A DNA stretch of 64,000 bases from an uncultured Candidatus Saccharibacteria bacterium (GCA_964437465.1 CAYTGI010000001.1:5614-69613); one strand, 5' to 3'. Counted from the stretch's first letter, positions 10,289-20,049 are shown. Translations and numbers: made by a program. Notes: generated by a model not told the origin, from the sequence alone.

Positions 10289-10786
10289 ATGGTTTCAATT
10301 ATTGCAGCAATGACAGAAAAGGATAGAGTTATAGGAAAAGATCAGGATTTACCTTGGAGGTTACCAGAGGATTTAAAACGGTTTAAAAAACTCACAATAA
10401 ATCATCCGGTCATAATGGGAAGAAAGAGTTATGAAGCAATTGGTCATGCATTACCTAAAAGAGATAACATTGTTTTAACGAGACAAGAAGAATACCATCT
10501 CAATGATGCTAAGGTATTTAATACATTAGAAAAAGCTGTTAATTATGCAAAGGAAATTGATTCTGAAATATTTATTATTGGAGGAGAGGAGATTTTTAGA
10601 GAAGCATTAAATCAAGGTATTGTAGATAAGATGTATTTAACAATAATTAAACAAGACTTTGATGGAGATACTTTTTTTCCTGAGATTGACGAATCTAATT
10701 GGAAAATAAGTAGAGATGGTGAGCAAGAAAGTAAAAATAATATACTGTTTGAGTACGTAACTTATTCTAAATCTAGTCAGTTATAA
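10289..10786 (+). CDS. folA: Dihydrofolate reductase
   Basis: 165 aa; IAAMTEKDRVIGKDQDLPW and PVIMGRKSYEAIG motifs; immediately follows thyA. Confidence 0.9.
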   Translation: MVSIIAAMTEKDRVIGKDQDLPWRLPEDLKRFKKLTINHPVIMGRKSYEAIGHALPKRDNIVLTRQEEYHLNDAKVFNTLEKAVNYAKEIDSEIFIIGGEEIFREALNQGIVDKMYLTIIKQDFDGDTFFPEIDESNWKISRDGEQESKNNILFEYVTYSKSSQL

Positions 10787-10915
10787 TCAAATCCATTTTG
10801 ACATCATGATCTTCTGTAGGTAAATCATCAACAATCTGATCAGCAAAACAAATTCCTATTTTGTAATTAACATTGAATGCCTCAAAAAATCTATCATACC
10901 ATCCAGCACCTCGAC

Positions 10916-11296
10916 CTAATCTTTTCCATCCTCTGTAAAAGCAACGCCGGGTGTAATAGAAACATCAATTTCTTCAGTTGGAGTGATAGGTTCTACATCA
11001 AGGTAAGCATTTTTCATTGCATCATAATGAAGATCATCGATATTCTCAAGTTTCCAAATTTTCAGGTTTTTTTTGTGAGGGATATAAACACTGTAATTAT
11101 TTTCAAGAAGGTATTCAATTATTGGTAAAGTGTCAACTTCATAATTAATGTTCATATAAACTAAAAAGCATTTATAATCATTTTCTTTAATAAATCTAAA
11201 AACTTTTTGGTGAATTAATTCAGACTTATTATCTCTATTCAATATGTTGGATCTTTTCAACTCTAGTTTTTTTCGAAGTTCAATCTTATCTTCCAT
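10916..11296 (-). CDS. 5-formyltetrahydrofolate cyclo-ligase (MTHFS), N-terminal 126 aa; the C-terminal ~47 aa continue in another frame down to ~10773 (apparent frameshift)
   Basis: N-terminal LRKKLELKRSNI...ITPGVAFTEDGKD then a stop. The adjacent minus-strand frame reads RLGRGAGWYDRFF...KIGICFADQIVDDLPTEDHDVKMDLIITD, which matches the MTHFS C-terminus. The frame change sits in ggaaaagat. Confidence 0.65.
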   Translation of the reverse strand: MEDKIELRKKLELKRSNILNRDNKSELIHQKVFRFIKENDYKCFLVYMNINYEVDTLPIIEYLLENNYSVYIPHKKNLKIWKLENIDDLHYDAMKNAYLDVEPITPTEEIDVSITPGVAFTEDGKD

Positions 11297-11370
11297 TGTT
11301 TAATACTACATTAATAGTATATAAAAACAAACTTTTTTAATGATATTATGAAAATAATTATAGTATTTTT

Positions 11371-12519
11371 ATGAAGTTAGTATTTAATTCAGGATCTTCA
11401 AGCATTAAAGTAGCATTGTTTAAAGATAAAGAAAGAACGTTTGATCTTCATTTTAAAAACTATTCAGGGGAATCGTTTAGTTTAATAGTAAATAATCAGG
11501 AAGAAGTTGAAATTAATGAGAGTGACTACTCAGACTCATTTAACAAGACAATTGAAATATTGATAAATCATGGAGCTTTAGATTCTAAAGACAATTTAGA
11601 TTTCATAGCTCATAGAGTAGTACATGGTGGAGAAGAATACGATCAACCAGTTGAGATTACGGAAGAAACTATCCAGACGATCGAATCTTTTAACGACTTT
11701 GCTCCACTTCATAATCCGCTTGCTTTAGAAATAATAAAAAAAATTGCTAAGACTGATCCTAATTTGAAGCAATATGCAGTTTTTGATACTGCATTTCATA
11801 CAACCATACCAAAAAAAAATTTCTTATATGGATTACCATATGGATATTATGAAAACATAAAAGTAAGAAAGTTTGGCTTTCATGGAATTTCTTACGAATA
11901 TATTGTAAATAATGTTCCTGACTTCCCTTCTAAAGCGATAATTTGTCATCTAGGTTCTGGTTCAAGTGTTTGTGCTGTTAAGGATAAACAAAGCTTCGCA
12001 ACTTCTTTTGGATTTTCACCTGAAGAAAATTTAATTATGGCAACAAGATCGGGAGAGATAGATTACAGTGCAGTAATGTATCTTAAAAATAAATTAGCTT
12101 TGACAGATAAAGATATAACAACACTTATTAACAAGGAAAGTGGATTGCTAGGTCTTTCTGGATATACAAATAACATGGTTCAGTTGATTGAGGATTATGA
12201 TTCTAATGATAGAGCTAAGCTTGCTATAGACATGTATGTAGATAAAGTAGTTGAGTTTATAAGTAGTTTTTACGTAAAGCTTGGTGGATGTGATTTATTA
12301 GTTTTCACAGGAGGCATTGGAAGTGGTTCGGACTTTGTTAGAAAGAAAATTGGAGAGAAAATAAGAATTATAGGTCTAGGGATAGATGATACAAAAAACA
12401 ATGGCCAAATTAATATCGAAGGAAGTCTCGATATTTCAATAAATGATAATAGAGTACTAGCCGTTAAGACTAATGAAGAGCTTCATATTATCAATCAGGT
12501 AAGTAATACCATTGATTAA
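11371..12519 (+). CDS. ackA: Acetate kinase
   Basis: VFNSGSSSIKVALF, FIAHRVVHGG, KFGFHGISY and HLGSGSSVCAV motifs. Confidence 0.85.
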   Translation: MKLVFNSGSSSIKVALFKDKERTFDLHFKNYSGESFSLIVNNQEEVEINESDYSDSFNKTIEILINHGALDSKDNLDFIAHRVVHGGEEYDQPVEITEETIQTIESFNDFAPLHNPLALEIIKKIAKTDPNLKQYAVFDTAFHTTIPKKNFLYGLPYGYYENIKVRKFGFHGISYEYIVNNVPDFPSKAIICHLGSGSSVCAVKDKQSFATSFGFSPEENLIMATRSGEIDYSAVMYLKNKLALTDKDITTLINKESGLLGLSGYTNNMVQLIEDYDSNDRAKLAIDMYVDKVVEFISSFYVKLGGCDLLVFTGGIGSGSDFVRKKIGEKIRIIGLGIDDTKNNGQINIEGSLDISINDNRVLAVKTNEELHIINQVSNTID

Positions 12520-12570
12520 TCTATAATTTAGGCGTATAATATATAGCTTTTATATAACAATACGCTTGAA

Positions 12571-15264
12571 TTGAAAAAAGATTCAATAATAACAAAATTA
12601 AGTGTTTTCTCTGTAAGGAATTTTAGGCTAACTATTTTAGCCTTCATTTCTATAATTTTATTAGGTAGTATAGCCTATACTAGTTTACTTCCTAGACAAG
12701 GATTTCCTGAATTAGAATTTCCTACAGCTTTTATACAAACAATATATCCTGTTCAGGATGCTGAGCGTGTTGACGATGAAATAACTCTGCCAATAATATC
12801 TGAGCTAAATAGTTTTGAGAGTATTGAATCAGCGGATTCTACATCTTCTAGTAACTTCAGTTTTATTATCATCTCTTTTGAGACCGGTACTAATGTTGAA
12901 GAGGAGGTAGACAAGATTAATGAAGCAATATTATTAGCTGGACTTCCGGAGCAAGTTGAGCCTGAAGTTATTGGATTAAAAGCTAACGCTATTGATGGGG
13001 AGAATGATTTAATTTTAGGAGTTGTAAATGGAAATAATGCGGATTTATTAAAACTGCAAGAAGTCGCTTTGGAAATGACAAACGAGCTTAAAACGTTAGA
13101 TACAGTTCAAAACTCAAATCCAATAAATCAGTTTGAAGAAGTGTTTAATCCAATTACTAACCAATCAGAGCTTACAAAGCTTTCCTTCAATAGATACGGT
13201 GAGAAAAAGAACGGTGAGATTTTAACAAAAGAAACAGTATTGATTGGAGTTCAAAAAGAAGATCAATTTACAACTACGGAACTTTCAGAAGAAGTAAGAA
13301 ACAAAATGGAATCTATAAATGACTCAGAAGAATTTAATGATTTTGAAATAGTTACAATTTATGATGAAGCTGAAGGTTTAGATGAACAGATCTCTTCTTT
13401 GGAAAATAATGCACTTTCGGCACTAATAATTGTTGCAATTACTTTGTTTTTATTTGTTAGTTGGAGAGCATCAATTGTTGCTGTAATCTTTATTCCTACT
13501 GTTATGGCGGCTACATTCCTAACTCTGTTGTTAATTGGAGTTTCTTTGAATGTAATTTCACTTTTTGCACTAATTCTTGTTCTTGGGTTATTAGTTGATG
13601 ATGCAATTGTAATTGTTGAAAGTATAGATTATTACAAAAGAAACGGATTTAAAGGTATTAGCGCTATTAAAGAAGCGATTAATGATGTTGGTAAAGCTGA
13701 CATAATAGGTACAGTAACTACTTTAATGGCATTCTTCCCAATGCTTTTTATAATCGGATTTTTAGGAGAAATTATTAGAGATGTTCCAATTACAGTTATA
13801 GTAACACTTATTTGGTCACTATTTATAGCTTTAACAATTATTCCTCTATTTTCAAATTTTATAATTCCAAGTAGGGATGAGAATCAAAAAAGATCAATTA
13901 TTTACTGGATACTAAACATTTTTAATGAGGTAGTAATTTTCTATGGAAAAATAACTGCATTTATAGTGAGAATCTATACATCAAGATGGTATTTAAACAT
14001 AATAGTTGTTCTTTTTAGCCTTGGTCTTATAGGGGCTGGTGGATACTTTGCATCACAGCTACAGTTTGTTGATTTTCCTGCACAAAAAGATTCAAATTCA
14101 ATCATGGTTAACTTCAGTTTTGATAACGATTTAACTATTTATGAGAAGGAGGAAATTGCAATTTTTGTTGAGGATACTATAATTGAGAATTATGAAGATC
14201 TTGTAGAAGAAATAAAGTATCCTCAAGTTGGAAGAGATTTTACAGGTAGTGATGTTGCAATAATGATGGTTGAGTTAGAATCACTACTAACTAGGTCTGA
14301 GACTTCTGTTGAAATTTCAGAAGACATAACCAAAAAGCTAGGAGAGATTGAAGGTGCAAGTGTAGATGTAGTTTCAAGTTCTAATGGAGGTCCTCCTTCT
14401 CTAGAATATCAATCACAAATTCAGCTTTATGGAAACAATGTAGAAGATTTAGAAAATGCAGCTAATGAAATTGAAGAATTTATATCTAATATTGAATTTG
14501 AAACTGAAGTTGAAGTAGTTGATACAAGAATAAGTAACTTAGATCTAATAGTAAGAAATGACGGTAGAAGATACGTTTTGATAGAATCTAAGCTTGAGGG
14601 TGAGGTTGATGATGCTCAGGTAAGGCTTATTGCTGATGAAGTAAAGAGTGAATTTGATGGGGATAAGTTAGATAGTTTAGGATTGTCAGATGATGCTATT
14701 GGAGATGATAGAGGATTTGCTAGTGAGATATTTGAATCTGTAATTTCAGCAGGAGTAGCTTTACTAGGTTCATTTGTCCTAATTTATCTATTTTTAGTTA
14801 TAACATTTAACTCATTCTCAAGAGCTTTATTGATTATGCTTTCGATTCCGTTTAGTTTTTTTGGCTTATTTGTAGGATTAAATCTTACTAATAACCCAAT
14901 TAGCTTTTTTGTAATAATCGGAATGATTGCTCTTGTAGGAATTGTAGTAAATAATTCTGTAATGTTACTAGATTTTGCTATTCAAGCAAGAAGTGAAGGT
15001 AAGAATATCTCTGAATCAATTGTTGAAGCGGTTAAGCTTAGATTTAGGCCATTGTTAACTACCTCTGCAACAACAATACTAGGTTCAATTCCTCTAGCCT
15101 TAACAGATCCTTTCTGGGAATCATTAGCTTTTGCAATCATCTTTGGGCTACTTTCAAGTACAATTCTAGTAATTACTGCTTTCCCTGCTTACTATGTACT
15201 TTTTGAACAGATTAGAAAGTTTATAAAAGGTTATATCTTTAGAATAAAAGAGTATAGAAACTAG
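12571..15264 (+). CDS. RND-superfamily exporter permease (AcrB/MmpL-like)
   Basis: 897 aa; topology of TM1, a large loop, 5 TM helices, TM7, a second large loop, then 5 TM helices. Confidence 0.7.
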   Translation: MKKDSIITKLSVFSVRNFRLTILAFISIILLGSIAYTSLLPRQGFPELEFPTAFIQTIYPVQDAERVDDEITLPIISELNSFESIESADSTSSSNFSFIIISFETGTNVEEEVDKINEAILLAGLPEQVEPEVIGLKANAIDGENDLILGVVNGNNADLLKLQEVALEMTNELKTLDTVQNSNPINQFEEVFNPITNQSELTKLSFNRYGEKKNGEILTKETVLIGVQKEDQFTTTELSEEVRNKMESINDSEEFNDFEIVTIYDEAEGLDEQISSLENNALSALIIVAITLFLFVSWRASIVAVIFIPTVMAATFLTLLLIGVSLNVISLFALILVLGLLVDDAIVIVESIDYYKRNGFKGISAIKEAINDVGKADIIGTVTTLMAFFPMLFIIGFLGEIIRDVPITVIVTLIWSLFIALTIIPLFSNFIIPSRDENQKRSIIYWILNIFNEVVIFYGKITAFIVRIYTSRWYLNIIVVLFSLGLIGAGGYFASQLQFVDFPAQKDSNSIMVNFSFDNDLTIYEKEEIAIFVEDTIIENYEDLVEEIKYPQVGRDFTGSDVAIMMVELESLLTRSETSVEISEDITKKLGEIEGASVDVVSSSNGGPPSLEYQSQIQLYGNNVEDLENAANEIEEFISNIEFETEVEVVDTRISNLDLIVRNDGRRYVLIESKLEGEVDDAQVRLIADEVKSEFDGDKLDSLGLSDDAIGDDRGFASEIFESVISAGVALLGSFVLIYLFLVITFNSFSRALLIMLSIPFSFFGLFVGLNLTNNPISFFVIIGMIALVGIVVNNSVMLLDFAIQARSEGKNISESIVEAVKLRFRPLLTTSATTILGSIPLALTDPFWESLAFAIIFGLLSSTILVITAFPAYYVLFEQIRKFIKGYIFRIKEYRN

Positions 15265-15322
15265 TTTCTTGCTTGAGAATTATCTATTTATAAGTTAAAA
15301 ATAGTTAGTTAAAACCATTTTT

Positions 15323-15676
15323 ATGACTTTCGAAGAATTAGTTTCAGCAGATATTAAAGAATTAGAAAATAAAGTTTTAGAAGAAGAAGAACTTGAAAAG
15401 CTAATGGAGAATTTTGAGTTTTGGGGACTTGATGACGGAAAGTTAGTAACTAATTTTGAGATGAGTAATTTTGAGGAGGCTTTGAGACTAGTTAATCTAG
15501 TGGGAGATATTGCAGAGAGAGAGGGACATCATCCAGACATAACACTTTATGATTACAAAAATGTTCTAGTTACATTTTTTACTCATGATGTTGATGGTAT
15601 TACTCTTAAAGACCTTGCAATGGCTGCAAAGATAGAGAATGAATTTAATGAGAAAACTGAATCGATAGAAAAATGA
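15323..15676 (+). CDS. Pterin-4-alpha-carbinolamine dehydratase (PCD/DCoH)
   Basis: EREGHHPDITLYDYKNVLVTFFTHD motif. Confidence 0.8.
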   Translation: MTFEELVSADIKELENKVLEEEELEKLMENFEFWGLDDGKLVTNFEMSNFEEALRLVNLVGDIAEREGHHPDITLYDYKNVLVTFFTHDVDGITLKDLAMAAKIENEFNEKTESIEK

Positions 15677-16185
15677 ATCCAATCACTTTATTCTTTACAG
15701 GTTTAGTTATCTTTTTTTGTATTCTTTTTTTCTTTTACAGAAAAGTAATAATTGCAACTCAAGTATTGATTACAATTTTCTTTTTTTTGGGGATTTTTGG
15801 AATATTAAGTGCAGTATTTATACCTAGCTTGTACTCGAAAGTTGTTGAAAATACATTTCAAGAAAACTTTTTTGGCAGACAGCTTCAATATACTGATAAT
15901 ACTCTAACCACAATTGGTGAGATTCCTGATGGTGTTATTGATTCAATAGAAGGAATTTTCGGAAAAAATGATAGAGATGGTAAATTTCAGTCAAACCTAT
16001 ATTCTTCTTTTGTTTCTTTACTTTCAAGTATATTAAGAGGAATAATCTTATTGTTTTCAGTTTTCTTACTAATATTTTCTACATACTTTAGATATTCTTT
16101 TGCTGGACTTCGAGAATACAATAAACTTCAAAAAAGAGTAGAGAAGTTAGAAAAGGATCTTGGTGACTATCACGATAAGGATTGA
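15673..16185 (+). CDS. Hypothetical membrane protein with a C-terminal coiled-coil tail
   Basis: 170 aa; 3-4 TM helices; start overlaps the PCD stop. Confidence 0.45.
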   Translation: MNPITLFFTGLVIFFCILFFFYRKVIIATQVLITIFFFLGIFGILSAVFIPSLYSKVVENTFQENFFGRQLQYTDNTLTTIGEIPDGVIDSIEGIFGKNDRDGKFQSNLYSSFVSLLSSILRGIILLFSVFLLIFSTYFRYSFAGLREYNKLQKRVEKLEKDLGDYHDKD

Positions 16186-16292
16186 TACTGTCATTACCTT
16201 TTGCCAATAATAGATACAGCCCTTCACTCTAGTCAGTATTGACAATCACTGATATACTGAATTTGTTGTAAAAAATCGATGACAAATTCAAA

Positions 16293-17474
16293 GTGAAAAC
16301 AACATACTTTTACAAAGATCTTCCATATATTGAAGATTTTAAAGATATAACTAATGAGCGACTTTTTAAAGATGCTCCAGCCGACTGGTACGTTGTTGTG
16401 TCAGATGTACAAGGTTCGACTATTGCAATTGATGAAGGTAGATATCATGACGTTAATTTTGTAGCAGCTTGTGCTACAACAGCAGTTCTAAATATTGATA
16501 AAAATACTGAATTTCCATTTGTTTTTGGAGGTGATGGATCAGCAATCTTAATACCACCAGAATATACTGAAAAAGCATCTGAAGTATTGAAGGATACTCA
16601 AAAATTCGCAAAAAATCATTTTCAACTTCATTTACGTGTTGGATTAGTTCCAGTTATAGATATTCTTAGAAGTCGACACAAAATTAAAATTGTAAAATTA
16701 AAAGTTTCGGATAATTACTTCCAAGCTGTATTTCATGGTGGGGGGTTAGACCATGCTGAATATCTAGTGAAAAACAATCCTAAATATCAAGTTAAAAAAA
16801 TCAAGATAAAGTCTAAAGCTGATTTCTCAGGATTAAAATGTATATGGCAAGATATCCCTAGTAAAAAAGAGGAGATTGTGAGCCTTTTAATAAAAGCTAA
16901 TCCAGTTTATGAGAATGAAACAAAGATTTATAGCGAAGTTATGAAAGAAATTCAGGATATTTATGGTGAAAAAAATGAAAGATTTCCTGTTAAAGAAGGA
17001 TCAATAAGAATTACCTCAAATAATAAAAAAATATATTTAGAATCGTTAATTGAATCTTATCAATATAAGAAAAATTTGAGAGAAACCTTTATAAGAAACT
17101 ATATCTCGAGCGTCAAAGATGCTGTTATTTCATTTTTTAAACGAGGTTGGAATTCATTAACTTTCAGTGCATATAAGAATACTTTCATTAATGCGATAGA
17201 TTCTGAAAAATTTGACGACATGTTAAGAATGGTTATAGCTGGGACATCTGCTCAAAGGCATAGGTTAGTTGGTTATCTTGAAGAAAAGTACCAAAATGGG
17301 GAGTTAGCTTACGGAGTTCACTCAACTTCAAGCGTTCATATGACATGTTTAATAATTGAAAGAAAAGGAAAGCAAGTCCACTTCATAGACGGCTCAAACG
17401 GAGGCTATACTCAAGCTGCTAAGGAGCTAAAGAACAGAGTCAAGTGGCAAAAGATTTATATGCAGACTTATTAG
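16293..17474 (+). CDS. DUF3095-like protein with an N-terminal class III nucleotidyl cyclase-like (palm) domain
   Basis: VVVSDVQGST (compare F.DI.GFT) and FGGDGSAIL (compare IGD...). The two Asp residues are 43 residues apart, close to the 44-residue spacing of the metal-binding Asp pair in class III cyclases. The C-terminal ~240 aa are unknown. Confidence 0.5.
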   Translation: MKTTYFYKDLPYIEDFKDITNERLFKDAPADWYVVVSDVQGSTIAIDEGRYHDVNFVAACATTAVLNIDKNTEFPFVFGGDGSAILIPPEYTEKASEVLKDTQKFAKNHFQLHLRVGLVPVIDILRSRHKIKIVKLKVSDNYFQAVFHGGGLDHAEYLVKNNPKYQVKKIKIKSKADFSGLKCIWQDIPSKKEEIVSLLIKANPVYENETKIYSEVMKEIQDIYGEKNERFPVKEGSIRITSNNKKIYLESLIESYQYKKNLRETFIRNYISSVKDAVISFFKRGWNSLTFSAYKNTFINAIDSEKFDDMLRMVIAGTSAQRHRLVGYLEEKYQNGELAYGVHSTSSVHMTCLIIERKGKQVHFIDGSNGGYTQAAKELKNRVKWQKIYMQTY

Positions 17475-17563
17475 CTAATATCCTTATATAACAAGCAATT
17501 TCAAGCCTCAATAAGTAGGTTCAAACTTTCTATTTTAATATAATAATGATATAATATGTATAT

Positions 17564-18172
17564 ATGAAAAACACATTTAAGGCATATATATCTCTTATAA
17601 TTGTTCTTATAATCGGAGCTATATCATACTTGTCTGCAGTTTTATTATACACAACACCAGTAAAAGCTACATCTACTCCAATTACTATTCAAAATCCAAG
17701 TAGTGGAGCTAATCTAAACGTTCTGCCTTACAAAGATGTTATTGTGCAAACTTGTACAGGAAACTGGCTTTATATTGACTCAATTGGAAAAAGAATAGAA
17801 TTATCCTATGAAACAGTTACATCTTGGAAATACGAGAGTGATCCAGCGATTTTGAGCGAGACCTTAAACAATAAGAATACCGTGCTTTTAGGACATAACT
17901 ACTGTGAAGGAGGGAATTGTTATAAACCAACAACTGACTTTGGAATGATAATTAATGTAAAACAAGGAGATAAAGCTATGGCATGTGTTGATGGAAACCT
18001 ATACAAAGGTGAAATATTAGTATCAAGACAGATTGATGAAACTGCAACATATATCCTTAGTGATTGGTTAAACCAACCTACAATTACAGCATTTACCTGT
18101 TACGGAGAATGTAAAGATGAAAAATGTGAGACAGTTAGGAGTAGATGGGTAATTGCTTTCAATAAATTCTAA
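17564..18172 (+). CDS. Sortase-family transpeptidase
   Basis: N-terminal TM anchor; His motif LLGHN, Cys motif TAFTCY (compare TLITC), Arg motif VRSRWVIAF; His-Cys spacing 68 and Cys-Arg spacing 13, matching S. aureus SrtA (64 and 13). Confidence 0.7.
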   Translation: MKNTFKAYISLIIVLIIGAISYLSAVLLYTTPVKATSTPITIQNPSSGANLNVLPYKDVIVQTCTGNWLYIDSIGKRIELSYETVTSWKYESDPAILSETLNNKNTVLLGHNYCEGGNCYKPTTDFGMIINVKQGDKAMACVDGNLYKGEILVSRQIDETATYILSDWLNQPTITAFTCYGECKDEKCETVRSRWVIAFNKF

Positions 18173-18537
18173 GCTTCTGGATTAACAAATTTGAAGACGT
18201 GGTTCCAAAAAGCACTAGCCTTTTTAAATCCCATTGCATATGCATCACTGCCTTCATCCTTGTAAGTACTAAGAACAATTGAATTAAGACTTGATATGAT
18301 TTCATCATTTTGAAGCTGAGATGACAGCCTGCCTGTAGATAGTGATTGATCACCTTCATAGTTGGTTGCGTGGAAAATAACTCTTTCTACTACAATTTTT
18401 AAATGAGGTACATTAAACTTATCTAAGAGTTCATCAATGGTACTAGCCTCTACATCTCTAAATTCTGTAGGGATTATTGCTTCATAAATTGTAGAAGCTT
18501 CCTTTTCAAAAACCTTTTTACCATCTGCATTACTCAT
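18169..18537 (-). CDS. Hypothetical protein (122 aa)
   Basis: Open frame with no motif. Confidence 0.4.
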   Translation of the reverse strand: MSNADGKKVFEKEASTIYEAIIPTEFRDVEASTIDELLDKFNVPHLKIVVERVIFHATNYEGDQSLSTGRLSSQLQNDEIISSLNSIVLSTYKDEGSDAYAMGFKKASAFWNHVFKFVNPEA

Positions 18538-18538
18538 T

Positions 18539-19429
18539 TTAATACTTTTCGTAATCTTTAGCTTTAACGAAAGAGTTAAATATAAAGCTGACTAAAATTC
18601 CAATTGTTAAGGCTAATACAGTTAGAAATAAGTCAAACGGTCTATCTACAGTTAGGGAGAATCTAATGAAAATTGTAGAGATAATAAAAGCAGCATTTCT
18701 AAATATCTGTTCATATCTATCCATAAATAAGTAGGAAAGTAATACTAATAAGATATCTGTAAAAATCATTACAGTGAATAGGTCTTGGAAGAATAGTTGT
18801 TGTAAATCAAAAAGATCTGTTGGTATTCCATTTATTAAATCACTTAGCCATCTTATTAAGTAAGTAAAAGCAAATAATATTAAGATTGCGCTTAAACCTA
18901 ACGAAATTCCTTTTTTTATTTTCTGAAATTTTTGGAGATTCTTTTTATTTTCTATCTCATCCTCTTCGTTACGATTTTTTATCGTTCTGTAGAAAACAGT
19001 TACAAGAGCAAATAAAATAATTCCAAAGGTTATGTCTAGCATTATATTTGTGAAAACCTCAGAGTTAAAAGCAAAACTAGCGACTTCATCTAAGTTTGAG
19101 CCATCTTTAAAAACTCTCCATATGACAATTAAGGATATTATTTCATATTGAATTGCTAATGATTTAGACATTGATTTAGGAATAGAAAGTATTAGTAAAA
19201 ATACCTCAAAGAATAGAATCACAGAAAAAGGTGTAAAAATAGCTGATATATAGCTACTATTTGCGTTATCTATTATGTCAATTCCGGTAGTAAACGTATT
19301 TCCTATAAAGATTAGAAATAAATGAAGACAAAATGCAAAAATTGCAAAGTAAACAGTAAAGTGTTCAAAGTGTTTTATATTTTTTTCACAGAAAATACTA
19401 TTATATAGTCCAGGTAATTTTTTTATCAT
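18539..19429 (-). CDS. Hypothetical polytopic membrane protein
   Basis: 296 aa with about 7 predicted TM helices. Confidence 0.45.
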   Translation of the reverse strand: MIKKLPGLYNSIFCEKNIKHFEHFTVYFAIFAFCLHLFLIFIGNTFTTGIDIIDNANSSYISAIFTPFSVILFFEVFLLILSIPKSMSKSLAIQYEIISLIVIWRVFKDGSNLDEVASFAFNSEVFTNIMLDITFGIILFALVTVFYRTIKNRNEEDEIENKKNLQKFQKIKKGISLGLSAILILFAFTYLIRWLSDLINGIPTDLFDLQQLFFQDLFTVMIFTDILLVLLSYLFMDRYEQIFRNAAFIISTIFIRFSLTVDRPFDLFLTVLALTIGILVSFIFNSFVKAKDYEKY

Positions 19430-19480
19430 TTGATTAATCTATTCATTAAATGTACCATCAGAGTATACCATTAAGAATTT

Positions 19481-19687
19481 ATGATTGATTCTATATTCGT
19501 TGCCGACTTATTTGAACTGACAGGAGGTATTCTTATCGCATATACAGTTATTGCAGTTCATCATAGAATTCTTCACGACAAAAAGGTTGATAAAGAAGTC
19601 CTAAAAGTAATGAAGAATGAGCAAGTCCTTGCAGGATTTGGTATTTTGCTACTTATCATTGGTTTTATTGTTAGGTACTTTGTTTAA
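19481..19687 (+). CDS. Hypothetical small membrane protein (68 aa)
   Basis: Two hydrophobic helices. Confidence 0.3.
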   Translation: MIDSIFVADLFELTGGILIAYTVIAVHHRILHDKKVDKEVLKVMKNEQVLAGFGILLLIIGFIVRYFV

Positions 19688-19689
19688 TT

Positions 19690-19974
19690 TTATGCTTCTG
19701 CAACTTCTACCCTAATTTTGTAGAAATACCTATAATTTTCAACTTTAATATGCTCAAGTCCATCAGCTATTTCAACTCCTCTAAAACTTACATCAAACAC
19801 TAAAGGATTAGAATGAAGTTCTCTAATTTTTCTACCATGCTCTGATACAGGTCCAATCTCTTCTCGTGATACATAGCTGGTTCCACTTTCATCATGCTCA
19901 ATAGCATTAGCACCATTAACTAGGGTTTCTGACATGTCGCCATTAATAAAAAACAAACCTAAGAATCGTAACAT
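19690..19974 (-). CDS. Hypothetical protein (94 aa)
   Basis: Open frame with no motif. Confidence 0.35.
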   Translation of the reverse strand: MLRFLGLFFINGDMSETLVNGANAIEHDESGTSYVSREEIGPVSEHGRKIRELHSNPLVFDVSFRGVEIADGLEHIKVENYRYFYKIRVEVAEA

Positions 19975-20049
19975 TTTTTACAATAATTGCAAACTTAATT
20001 TGCTAATTTTTATTAGGAAATGTAATCTTATTTTAGTTACCCAATTTAA

